A stretch of 64,000 nucleotides of DNA, taken from a virus (Duplodnaviria > Heunggongvirae > Uroviricota > Caudoviricetes). The notes under the pieces were generated by a model. That model made no database searches. It was not told the origin of the DNA and worked only from the letters and a program-made list of their open reading frames with translations. The first letter of the stretch is position 1. Each line of letters begins with the position of its first letter. Positions 1 to 8,714 of the stretch are shown one piece after another. The stretch lies in the IMG/VR virus record IMGVR_UViG_3300029702_000002; one strand, written 5' to 3'. Made by a program: the position numbers and the translations under genes.

Positions 1-908
1 TTACGTGATACCTCCTGGCTTATGCCTAATGCTGGGAAGTAACTACGCGCAGTACGGCGCAAATCTCGGGGTGTAAATGGCTCAAGCTCCATCAGTTCTG
101 GTCGTTCCAGAATACGACGTAATGCCTGGGCTATTGCCACTTTAGACATAGGAAGGTCTTTCCCGATTTTTTTATTCGAAGGCACGAGCCACTGGCTGTC
201 TTTACCATATTCGAACAACTCTTCAATACAAGTGCGCATTAATGAGCTTAAAGGCAGAGAATGCTCACGGGCAGATTTGTTCCTCTTGCCTTGATTCCAA
301 ACCCCACGCTTAAGATTGAACTCACTTTTTTTAGCCCGCAGTACTTCGTCAGGTCGTCTTGCGGATACAAGACATAGCCTGGCCGCCCATTTTGTACCAG
401 CACACACATTGAAGTAGTCCCATATATTCCAGAACACCCATACCTCTGCGTCGGTCAGCTTCCGCTCGCGAGGTGTGGGCTTTGCGCCACCGGCAACTTT
501 GTTAAGTGACATATCGTTTAACGGTGACACGTCTATCATCCCCTGGAAGGCGCACCAGCTAAGGAACTGCTTCATCAGAGAGAAAACGCGGCGGCCCATA
601 ACAATTTTGCCATCCAGTATTAGTGGGTTGACCAGTTGGTTCACCATGAACCTATTAATGTCACTTACTTTTACATCGGCAATGTGCGGCAAAACATGTA
701 TCAAAATACAATGAACAGCGATCTCTGGCCGACGTCTGGTTATCAGCAGAGATAAGCGAGTGAATAACATGAATGCGTCCGAGAATCTCATGTCATTGCT
801 GACCTGGGAGATCATAACGGCCTGCATTTGAGATGCTCTTTCGAGATACTCTATCGCCTCTTTTGAGGTGTTCTCCGCAGCGCGTGCTCTGTCAAAGCTA
901 TTTTTCAT
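1..908 (-). CDS. int: Tyrosine integrase (phage integrase family), partial; C-terminus outside window
   Basis: Minus-strand ORF from ATG at 908 with no stop in window; translation ends ...FTPRDLRRTARSYFPALGISQEV matching integrase box II region, with an upstream ARRPDEV...HSLPLS box I-like region. Confidence 0.6.
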   Translation of the reverse strand, partial: MKNSFDRARAAENTSKEAIEYLERASQMQAVMISQVSNDMRFSDAFMLFTRLSLLITRRRPEIAVHCILIHVLPHIADVKVSDINRFMVNQLVNPLILDGKIVMGRRVFSLMKQFLSWCAFQGMIDVSPLNDMSLNKVAGGAKPTPRERKLTDAEVWVFWNIWDYFNVCAGTKWAARLCLVSARRPDEVLRAKKSEFNLKRGVWNQGKRNKSAREHSLPLSSLMRTCIEELFEYGKDSQWLVPSNKKIGKDLPMSKVAIAQALRRILERPELMELEPFTPRDLRRTARSYFPALGISQEVSR

Positions 909-1010
909 ATGACAATCACCGAGTTACGCCGATGCACTGTATAAGTAAACAGTATATTAGGCATAGATTCTTATAGGATCAAGAGTAAAAGTAACTCATT
1001 TTCAGCAATG

Positions 1011-1041
1011 ATTCCATACATAGTAGGTATGGAATCATTGT
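1011..1041. promoter_or_regulatory. Perfect 12-bp inverted repeat ATGATTCCATAC-N7-GTATGGAATCAT about 100 bp upstream of int start; candidate operator
   Basis: Read directly from sequence; half-site copies recur at 4080-4101 and 5083-5101. Confidence 0.4.
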
Positions 1042-1158
1042 GGGCATTTTTTATAAAATCTGTGATTCTTCTCAGGATAAATTATCTAAACTAAAAATTG
1101 TGTTTTGTGTTGGCATCTGCTTGAATAGACGCATGTTTATTCAGATATGGAATAATCA

Positions 1159-1695
1159 GTGAACAACCAAATTCATTGGGACTACCCATTCTCAGAAGAA
1201 TTCGGCAGTGGGATGGTACACAGACAATTCACTGTGGGAAGCACTATTTATGCCGTTGGGTTTGAACAAATATTGACGATGGATGATTTCACACGTAAGG
1301 GAGTTGATATCCTAAATGTACATCCAACATTCCGGTTTCCTCTGAGTGGTGTATGGGGAGTGATTTTTGACGAAATTGACCCTGTAGAAATGGATTTCAA
1401 AGGATTTCGGCATATCCAACATCAAGGCTTGGCAGGTGGTCAAGTGCTTTTGAATGTTGCAAGTATAATCTTTGACCATTATACTGTTTGTAACGCAGGA
1501 GCTTATGTCTTCTCCGCCGCAGTCGACCATCAGCATTTACGCAGAACTGACTTGGTAGACATTTACTGTAAGATACTGGGTCTAAATGGAAAACGTAAAA
1601 GTAGATTGTTCGCCAATGGTTTTCCTGGATGGGAGGCATACTGTGATGTACCAACAGGAGGAAGAGGCTATGTCGTCACGACTGAAAGTTATTAA
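1159..1695 (+). CDS. Hypothetical protein (178 aa, GTG start)
   Basis: ORF with stop overlapping the next gene start; no recognisable motif. Confidence 0.45.
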   Translation: MNNQIHWDYPFSEEFGSGMVHRQFTVGSTIYAVGFEQILTMDDFTRKGVDILNVHPTFRFPLSGVWGVIFDEIDPVEMDFKGFRHIQHQGLAGGQVLLNVASIIFDHYTVCNAGAYVFSAAVDHQHLRRTDLVDIYCKILGLNGKRKSRLFANGFPGWEAYCDVPTGGRGYVVTTESY

Positions 1696-1897
1696 TTATT
1701 ACCCCACCTCTGCAGAACGTTTGAGCCTTGAAATGGGCGAAAGACTACAGAAAGCTGCTGGTCAGGATTTAAAGAACAAGTTGGGTTCAGGGGAAATTAA
1801 ACTGATTAACGGTAAATATGTAGGTGAAAGCCTGAAAGTTAATAGCACCTCTATGCTAAAAGCGCGGTTGCGTAAAGCGTATATCCCCGCTAAATGA
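1670..1897 (+). CDS. Hypothetical small protein (75 aa)
   Basis: ATG at 1670 preceded by AGGAGGAAGAGG ribosome-binding site; overlaps stop of upstream ORF; followed by hairpin terminator. Confidence 0.45.
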   Translation: MSSRLKVINYYPTSAERLSLEMGERLQKAAGQDLKNKLGSGEIKLINGKYVGESLKVNSTSMLKARLRKAYIPAK

Positions 1898-1926
1898 AAA
1901 GGCCTATATGGGCCTTTTCATTTTTA
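1897..1926. terminator. Bidirectional intrinsic terminator hairpin (AAAAGGCC-TATAT-GGGCCTTTT)
   Basis: GC stem flanked by A-run and T-run between convergent genes. Confidence 0.6.
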
Positions 1927-2169
1927 TAGTGTACTCACCAGCGCCGCAAATTCCGTATACCCCCCAATATGCTCTCCATGTATGAATATCTGAGGTATGG
2001 TATCCACTGGTTTACCAACCAGGTTGCTCAACGTTTCTTTGTTGATCCCCGCAGATGTAATATCTATATACTCATAATCACCGTAGCCATGTCCCTTTAG
2101 TTGCTTCGCCAGCTCGACCGCACGTTTGCAGTATGAGCAGTTATCTCGTCCGTAGATAGTGATCGTCAT
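1924..2169 (-). CDS. Glutaredoxin/NrdH-like redoxin (81 aa)
   Basis: N-terminal CSYC active-site motif (YGRDNCSYCKRA) and glutaredoxin-like length. Confidence 0.7.
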   Translation of the reverse strand: MTITIYGRDNCSYCKRAVELAKQLKGHGYGDYEYIDITSAGINKETLSNLVGKPVDTIPQIFIHGEHIGGYTEFAALVSTL

Positions 2170-2342
2170 AACTTAACAAATACCTTTATAAATATTGATT
2201 CGAACATATCAGACTATACTACAAACAGATTTTTTTGATAAGTATGTAGTAACTTATTGATTGACTAGTAAACAATTGAAGTGATTACGACAATAGATTA
2301 CAGTAAGGATTGCCTTGAAATGTACATTTTATAGAGGTTTTA

Positions 2343-3251
2343 ATGATTGGTAAGTTGTCTGATTCTTTGATTGAAAATAAATACAACGAATTTAGAGAAG
2401 AAATATCTTTACTTTTTGACTATTTAAATCAGATAAATGATACAACAAAGAAAAATATAAAACGTCTTCTTAAAGAAGTGGAGTATGCACAAAATCCAGA
2501 TACTATTATTAATATTAATGAAACTATTAAGATTAAGTGTGGCACAACGTTAGCTCGCCATTTATGTTCAAACCCATATACAGGTTCAACATTAGAGATA
2601 GGTAACAGCGCCATTGATTTAGAAGAAAAGATAAGATTGTGTAATACTTTGAAAAATAAACAATATCAGTGGGTTATTACTGAAGCCTATGAGTTACTGG
2701 AAGACTATATTGAGGCAATATATGTCTATACTGTATGTGTTCGAAATGATTTATGGTCCTCAAGTGATTTTGGTAAGGTTGAAGATGATGAAATTGGGAA
2801 AAGGGAAGTTTATTACAGATTATTAAAAGCAAAAAGTAACCCATCGAAAAAAATAACTAAAATTTTCAGAAATAAAATACCTGGCTTCAAAGAGATAGAA
2901 ACAAACAACAAGATTGGCAAAAACTATCGCTTTAACATCAAGCTAATTGAACTACTAAGACATACAATAGTACACAATAGTGGACGATTCAATGATACAG
3001 AAAAATTTATAAATAAGGTTTTAGATGAATCTGAAATAAACGGTAAGAAAAGAGTTATTGGAGAAAGAGCTGTTAGAAGTTACATTACTAAAGTGCAAGA
3101 AGATGATATTGTGATGCTCTTAGAAAGACCATCTGAAATTTTAGGTTCTTTTGGTGGGTATTTTAACAGAGCAAAATTTTTACTAAGTGATATTTTAGAA
3201 TACTCACTAATCATTAAAGAAGAACTAAAATCATATCTAGGCAATCATTAA
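2343..3251 (+). CDS. AT-rich hypothetical protein with HEPN-like Rx4H motif (LRHTIVHNSG); candidate abortive-infection protein
   Basis: 302-aa ORF with markedly lower GC than neighbours; R-x4-H motif in C-terminal half; own terminator. Confidence 0.5.
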   Translation: MIGKLSDSLIENKYNEFREEISLLFDYLNQINDTTKKNIKRLLKEVEYAQNPDTIININETIKIKCGTTLARHLCSNPYTGSTLEIGNSAIDLEEKIRLCNTLKNKQYQWVITEAYELLEDYIEAIYVYTVCVRNDLWSSSDFGKVEDDEIGKREVYYRLLKAKSNPSKKITKIFRNKIPGFKEIETNNKIGKNYRFNIKLIELLRHTIVHNSGRFNDTEKFINKVLDESEINGKKRVIGERAVRSYITKVQEDDIVMLLERPSEILGSFGGYFNRAKFLLSDILEYSLIIKEELKSYLGNH

Positions 3252-3252
3252 C

Positions 3253-3282
3253 AAAAAAGGGGCCGAAGCCCCTTTGGATTTT
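3253..3282 (+). terminator. Intrinsic terminator (AGGGGC-CGAA-GCCCCT followed by T-run)
   Basis: GC hairpin plus U-tract directly after stop of 2343-3251. Confidence 0.65.
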
Positions 3283-3429
3283 GCGCTTAAAAAAGTGTTG
3301 CTAGGATGTTAGCAAGCTATGGTTAAGAACGTCTGCCGTAATTGTCTATCACAGCGTTGAGCTGTCTGGTTTATGTTAGCGGAGTCTTAATCGAGTTGAT
3401 TAAAAGGCCAAACCGCTCAACGCTGTGTC

Positions 3430-3516
3430 TGGCGGAGAGTAATGGAATCGAACCATCATCGCTTGCGCAATGGGACGGTTTTCAAGACCGCTTGAGCACC
3501 ATGCTCCCTACTCTCC
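3430..3516 (-). tRNA. tRNA-Ser (anticodon UGA), long variable arm, CCA encoded
   Basis: Manual cloverleaf: acceptor GGAGAGT/ACTCTCC, anticodon loop CUUGAAA, T-loop TTCGATT, 3' GCCA. Confidence 0.85.
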
Positions 3517-3729
3517 AATTGTTGTGGTGCCGGGTGCTTCCCGGTGTCCTTTGGCTGGTTATCCACCGTGGACGGAGCCAATAGTCATCACAAAGGATCA
3601 ATATAACCATTTCCCCGCGTGCGCTTAGCCGCATTCACCACAACGAAAAGAGCACTGTATGACGTTTGCACGGACTTACGCTTCAAACAGGGCAGTCTCG
3701 GCGGTTCTCAATGCTCTTTCCTGTTGTGT

Positions 3730-3805
3730 TGGTGCCGGTTAACGGATTCGAACCGCTGACATCCTGCTTACAAGGCAGGTGCTCTACCAACTGAGCTAAA
3801 CCGGC
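3730..3805 (-). tRNA. tRNA-Thr (anticodon UGU), CCA encoded
   Basis: Acceptor GCCGGTT/AACCGGC, D-arm TAGCTCAGTTGGTAGAGC, anticodon loop CUUGUAA, T-loop TTCGAAT. Confidence 0.9.
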
Positions 3806-3807
3806 AT

Positions 3808-3882
3808 TGGCGATGGTGGGTGGATTCGAACCACCGACCAGTTGGTTAACAGCCAACTGCTCTACCGCTGAGCTACACCATC
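3808..3882 (-). tRNA. tRNA-Asn (anticodon GUU), CCA encoded
   Basis: Acceptor GATGGTG/CACCATC, anticodon stem GTTGG/CCAAC with loop CUGUUAA, T-loop TTCGAAT; 2 nt from tRNA-Thr. Confidence 0.85.
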
Positions 3883-4342
3883 AATTCGGCACTGCCAGTA
3901 TTTATTACTCAACAGTGCCAATCGCGACGGTTTAGTTTCTGCCAGGAAACGCACCGCTACTTGCACTTTTCGTTAGTGCCAGACGCTTTCGACTTCGCTC
4001 AATAGTAGAAGGCAAAATCTTTAAGTAGATGATGTTTCTGAGGACTGCACCTACTTTGTAATTTATACAATGTGATGTATGGAATCATTTGTTGTGAAAA
4101 CAGGCACCAATGGCAACAGTGGTTAAACCTACACAACTATCCTGTCTTCACAACGTTGAGGCCACTACTCCGATTGAATGTTTGCCCAACATGTTACATA
4201 TCAACGCTCGCCGGTATCTCTGTGAATAGAACCTTAGAATTGATAAAAATGTAATGGCCTCAACGTTGTGTGCTGGCTAACCATACCAGCCGGGCTACGT
4301 CGCCGCTTTTTAACCCAGTATAAACGACATAATTGAACAAAA

Positions 4343-4457
4343 TGACGTAACAGGATGGGCGGTCATTGGCTAAGAATCCGGGAGTCGTATATGAGTTGAA
4401 AATATACTGACCGCCCATCCTGTTACTTCATCGGAGGGAACATTCATGTTCCCTCCT
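4343..4457. ncRNA. Candidate structured RNA: 23-bp near-perfect inverted repeat (4343-4365 / 4408-4430, 42-nt loop) immediately followed by 10-bp GC hairpin (4434-4457)
   Basis: Arms TGACGTAACAGGATGGGCGGTCA and its complement read directly; no ORF support; next to tRNA cluster. Confidence 0.35.
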
Positions 4458-4661
4458 GCGTTCTGCAATCACACTCGCTCAGTGTGTCCCATTTCGGTAA
4501 CGAGGCTGGAAACTGACCTCGCTGGTGTTTGGCTTATTAGGCTACTGCCAGATAGACTTCTTCGTTTGCACTTGTATTTAAGTTCAAACAGTCGCGTCTC
4601 AACGAAAACAAAGTCATCTTATACATAAAAGATAAGTAAGTAAATACTTATCATTGTGTTT

Positions 4662-4952
4662 TTATTCGGTTGCGACTTTTTTGATCAAGGCCACTCTACG
4701 ACTAGGTGTTCTTGTGATGGTGGCAGTGAATCGTTTCGCTTGGATAGTAATGGTTTCGTTCTCCTTAAGTTGCCCGTAGCGAGTTTCCACCAGGGTGCCA
4801 AGACGCCACAGACCATCATCGATACGTTTATGACTAGCAAATTTAATCAGCAACAGTTTTACGACTAACTGACCTACGTAAAAGGCGAATGCGACTCCGG
4901 CCGCTAAGAAATAGGTGGCCAACCACCAGTCCCAAGAAGTTAAATTGCTCAT
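4662..4952 (-). CDS. Small membrane protein (96 aa, N-terminal hydrophobic segment)
   Basis: ORF start overlaps stop of upstream small ORF (ATGA). Confidence 0.5.
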   Translation of the reverse strand: MSNLTSWDWWLATYFLAAGVAFAFYVGQLVVKLLLIKFASHKRIDDGLWRLGTLVETRYGQLKENETITIQAKRFTATITRTPSRRVALIKKVATE

Positions 4953-5101
4953 TTTCTAACCTTTGTTTCATGAACTACCCGATACACACGCTTTCCGATG
5001 CACAGTGTTTTGGTTTTAAGTTCCTGCTTAATTAAATCACGACAGATGCCGAAGCCGATAAGGAAGCCACCCATAAAAGCTAATGAGATGTATGGAATCA
5101 T
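4949..5101 (-). CDS. Small hydrophobic protein (50 aa, MIPYISLAFMGGFLIGFGIC...)
   Basis: Below ORF-track size cut-off; ATG overlaps upstream stop (ATGA) and own stop overlaps downstream start; AGGAG site 8 nt upstream. Confidence 0.4.
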   Translation of the reverse strand: MIPYISLAFMGGFLIGFGICRDLIKQELKTKTLCIGKRVYRVVHETKVRK

Positions 5102-5313
5102 ATTAACACTCCTGATTCTACTAATTGCTGTAGCAATACTTTCCCTTTATCAGTTAACTGGTAGTTGGCCGAACACCACGTTTCAGAAACGTTTGCAACC
5201 AACCCTAAACGCTCTAACTTAGCTCGCGTTTTAGGCTTCCAGTACTCAGGGAACTCCGGCCACTTACTTATTTCATGAAGCGTTTCTTTCTCCCGTTTAC
5301 TTAATACGATCAT
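5098..5313 (-). CDS. Hypothetical protein (71 aa)
   Basis: Translationally coupled to ligase stop. Confidence 0.5.
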   Translation of the reverse strand: MIVLSKREKETLHEISKWPEFPEYWKPKTRAKLERLGLVANVSETWCSANYQLTDKGKVLLQQLVESGVLI

Positions 5314-6632
5314 TCTTTATCTCCGATTCGATCTTCGGTATCGCGTAAGCAACGCGGCCATTTCAGTCGTGGGTGGCGTAAGCTGCCGTCCGGTGTTTTC
5401 TCGTGACAATGAACCTCAACAATACGACCACGGTACTTCTCTTTGTTGTTCCAGATCTCGTCCAGATATTTATGCTTAATACCGCTCGCACGAACGATGA
5501 CGCCGTTTTCAAGACGAATAACAATTTTTCCAAGTGTGTTGGCAAAACCAGAGTCCGGGTCGCCCGGCTCAAAGTCGATAATTTCACCATCTTCTGAATC
5601 TTCGTCTTTTAACTTCCACCAGCTGCGGGTACGTTTAAACTCGTAAACAGAGTTCGGATCTTTGCCCATCTCCCCTTCTTCGTTATCGTCCAGGCGTTTC
5701 ATGAAGCGTTCGATGAAGTCTTCGTGGCTATGGATGATATAGAACGGATGCAGGTGAATGTCTTGTGTGTAGCCTTCACTGCGATCGTTTTTGAACAACG
5801 CCACCAGCATAGCCAGGCGCTCTTTCAGCTTCATACCTGTCTTTGCATACTCTTTGGATTTAGCCTGTGCTCGCCATTCCGGTAGGAAGAAGTCGAAAAC
5901 ATGATAAATAGCGCCAATTGCCTGCACGTTCTTTTTGCGCAATGCAGATACGGACTGGTTAAATGAACCGGCAGTTCCTTCACCATCGAAGAAGATGTGT
6001 TTGTGGCCTGAAAGTTTGCCTAATTCGAGCATGGCTGGCTTTAGGTGATCGAGAGACGTGATTGGATTACCAGTACGAGAAAGGAAGTTAACCTCTTCCT
6101 CGTCAACAATAACCTCGCAAATTACTCGCAAACCATCGAGCTTAAGACTGCCAATCATCGGCCATTTTGCTTTAGGATTTGGCTTGAAGGGGTATTTGTC
6201 GCCTTTTTCTTTATACGGTGACGCCAGCTGCACCTCGAATTTCGGAATGGGATTTTCAAAAACCTTGTTGCATAGGCTAATCCCAACGCCAGCTTTCGGG
6301 TCTTTTAAGAGGAAACGACGGAACACGTCCTGCCCATCGGCGCACATTGACGCCACGATAGACTCAACAGCTGCTATTGCTGCGTTCCCCGTTAGCTCGC
6401 GAGAGGCCAGCTTATTCAGTACATCAATGGCTTTTTCGTCACTTGGGATGGACTCACTAAGCGGCTCTGCCACTTTGTATTTCTTTACCCCAAAACGGAT
6501 GAAAGGGTTGAGCATCAATGAAACCATGCTTTGTTCAAAGTCATCCATGTTGGCCAATGCCTCTTTTTTTGCATTGGTTCCCATAGCTTTCATTTCGTCC
6601 AGCTTATGCTTAAGTGCGATCAACTTTTTCAT
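5310..6632 (-). CDS. ATP-dependent DNA ligase
   Basis: Adenylation motif I KLDGLR, FDGE motif and WWKLK motif V in 440-aa ORF. Confidence 0.8.
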   Translation of the reverse strand: MKKLIALKHKLDEMKAMGTNAKKEALANMDDFEQSMVSLMLNPFIRFGVKKYKVAEPLSESIPSDEKAIDVLNKLASRELTGNAAIAAVESIVASMCADGQDVFRRFLLKDPKAGVGISLCNKVFENPIPKFEVQLASPYKEKGDKYPFKPNPKAKWPMIGSLKLDGLRVICEVIVDEEEVNFLSRTGNPITSLDHLKPAMLELGKLSGHKHIFFDGEGTAGSFNQSVSALRKKNVQAIGAIYHVFDFFLPEWRAQAKSKEYAKTGMKLKERLAMLVALFKNDRSEGYTQDIHLHPFYIIHSHEDFIERFMKRLDDNEEGEMGKDPNSVYEFKRTRSWWKLKDEDSEDGEIIDFEPGDPDSGFANTLGKIVIRLENGVIVRASGIKHKYLDEIWNNKEKYRGRIVEVHCHEKTPDGSLRHPRLKWPRCLRDTEDRIGDKE

Positions 6633-7111
6633 TGTTGTTTTGCCTCCATATGTTGATCGATTTGCTCATGTGTTTTTTTTGTTGTTTCTTCAAGCAACGC
6701 CGCATACACGTCAGTGATCGCTGTTTGTGATGTGGCGCTCTTCTTAACCATGCTATTAATCGTTACACTGTCACGTTTTCGTTTTATAGTTCTGGCTTGT
6801 TTATTCCGTTCTTCAACCTCCTTAATGAGCGCGGTCATATCTTCGAAATACAGAGATTCTCCTTTACGAATCTCTTCAACCATCATTTTTAACGCCTTGC
6901 ATTTGCCTGCTTTGATAGCGGTTGCGCACGACTGGAATGAAGTTCGAGGAAGACGGTTTTCTTTGAAGGCAAGAATGGTGTGCTGGCAAACGGAGTAGCT
7001 GCAATATGCCGACTCACCGTTTATCTTTACTTCCTCACAACGAAGTGAATAACCATTATTTCCTGAAATAGAGGGGATTTTTGACAAATCAGCTTTCACA
7101 ACTACCGCCAT
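6629..7111 (-). CDS. Hypothetical protein (160 aa, Cys-rich N-terminus)
   Basis: ORF overlapping ligase start by 4 nt. Confidence 0.5.
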   Translation of the reverse strand: MAVVVKADLSKIPSISGNNGYSLRCEEVKINGESAYCSYSVCQHTILAFKENRLPRTSFQSCATAIKAGKCKALKMMVEEIRKGESLYFEDMTALIKEVEERNKQARTIKRKRDSVTINSMVKKSATSQTAITDVYAALLEETTKKTHEQIDQHMEAKQQ

Positions 7112-7166
7112 AAATAATCTTGTACTTACCTATCGTTATTTGCGTAAAAAACGACGCGCGGAGAGA

Positions 7167-7943
7167 TTACCAACTTCCCCAGCTAATCATCTTGCGCTGA
7201 TCGCTTTCTAAGCGATAAGGGGCAAGAAGCTCTGTGACATGATTGGTGGCGTATGATTTAGCCTCTTGCTTAATCATCGGTAATTCGTTAGCAATCCTGA
7301 CCATCTTCCCAGCAAATTCCGCCATTACGCCATCACAAGCCTTCCCCGCATCAACAACGATATGCACAAGATCCAACTGGCTTTTGCACATATCCCAAAG
7401 AGACGCGTATTCACTCTCTCTGATTACATTTACGGCACTATTAGCCCCTTTATTAATCAAAACTTCCAACAGATTTTTCGGGGTAACGAAATCTGCTTTC
7501 AGAGATAATGTCTTTTCACCACTTATCGAACGCAAGTACTCTTCGTAGTTATTCTTCATCAAACCGCTGCTGCGCATTGCTAGAACTGCTTCTTGAATGG
7601 CCGCTTCAATAGTTTCGTCGTTTGAAAGACAAAAAACGGTATTTGTGTAGATCACTCTGCCATCAAGCCATGCTCCAACCTGCACTTTAAGACTGAGCGG
7701 GTTTTCTTTGCTAATAAAAACAACTAATGCAGAACGCCGTGCACAAGAAGGTTCGCCCCATACGTGTAACTCAACTTTCAGATAAGGCAACCCTGGTAGC
7801 GGGATCTCGTCCATACGAGCAGCGATATGATTCATTGCTGTATTGACGGCCTTTCCAATGATGTCTAGTCGACTGCCCTCGCTGATTTCTAAACCTGTTT
7901 TATCAATGATGTCACAGGCCAATTTCTGAATTTCGTCTTTCAT
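7167..7943 (-). CDS. Hypothetical protein (258 aa)
   Basis: First gene of leftward operon 7943 to 4662. Confidence 0.55.
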   Translation of the reverse strand: MKDEIQKLACDIIDKTGLEISEGSRLDIIGKAVNTAMNHIAARMDEIPLPGLPYLKVELHVWGEPSCARRSALVVFISKENPLSLKVQVGAWLDGRVIYTNTVFCLSNDETIEAAIQEAVLAMRSSGLMKNNYEEYLRSISGEKTLSLKADFVTPKNLLEVLINKGANSAVNVIRESEYASLWDMCKSQLDLVHIVVDAGKACDGVMAEFAGKMVRIANELPMIKQEAKSYATNHVTELLAPYRLESDQRKMISWGSW

Positions 7944-8068
7944 ACCAACTCCTAGCTAACAGATGAAAGTATTCTTACAAAAAACTAAGTATGTATCTAC
8001 TTATCATTTTAGGCGCAATAGTTCCCTATACGAAGATGCCGGGCTTATAGTCTGCCCGGCATTCACCA

Positions 8069-8482
8069 TTAATGAGCTACAGCCTCACTGTTGCACATCT
8101 TTCTGTAGACCTGCTTATAACGCTGTAAGTCATGAGGATCATTAGGTGCCAACGACTTCGATAGGATTTTGTATACCACCCCTTTCGAAAACATGCCCTT
8201 TGGCTTCATTTCGAGTTCAACAACATATGAGTGATAGCCCACGTATGCACCAAAGCCATTTTTGGCGTTTAATTCACCACACACAAAGCCTGTCACACTC
8301 CCATCGTCATGATCAGTCCTGACAAACTTATCTTTCCTAAACATCACCGACGTGGGATCTTTCATGTCATCCGCAATGGCCTGTTGGCCCAGAGTAATAG
8401 CCTTCTCGTCTGTAGGCTTACACCCAACTAATGCAAACAAAGACAATAAAGCACCTGTTAAAATCAGCTTCTTTTTGCTCAT
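8069..8482 (-). CDS. Lipoprotein (137 aa); candidate superinfection-exclusion/lysogenic conversion protein
   Basis: Signal peptide with lipobox LVGC; isolated gene with own hairpin. Confidence 0.6.
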   Translation of the reverse strand: MSKKKLILTGALLSLFALVGCKPTDEKAITLGQQAIADDMKDPTSVMFRKDKFVRTDHDDGSVTGFVCGELNAKNGFGAYVGYHSYVVELEMKPKGMFSKGVVYKILSKSLAPNDPHDLQRYKQVYRKMCNSEAVAH

Positions 8483-8714
8483 TTTGACTTCCCTTTATTT
8501 ATATTTATCGTAGGTATTAGTTAACCAAAACACGAGCAGTGTCACAATAATTCCATAACTTATTATTTCCACTAGTGATTAATACCACATCAACTTTACG
8601 GTTCATAAATTAAATTATCAAAGCTGACAGATTAACTAAATTTAAGTACCCTTTTCGCACACTTGACGCTTGCCGCGTCTAAACTGTTCATCCTATATCA
8701 ACAGAATAAAAAAC

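Noticed and set aside
3527-3580. Possible fourth tRNA ending in CACCA
   Set aside because: Has a 5-nt rather than 7-nt T-loop and no D-arm or anticodon arm; at most a tRNA remnant or plain hairpin
3342-3584. 80-aa plus-strand ORF
   Set aside because: Lies antisense across tRNA-Ser; no coding support
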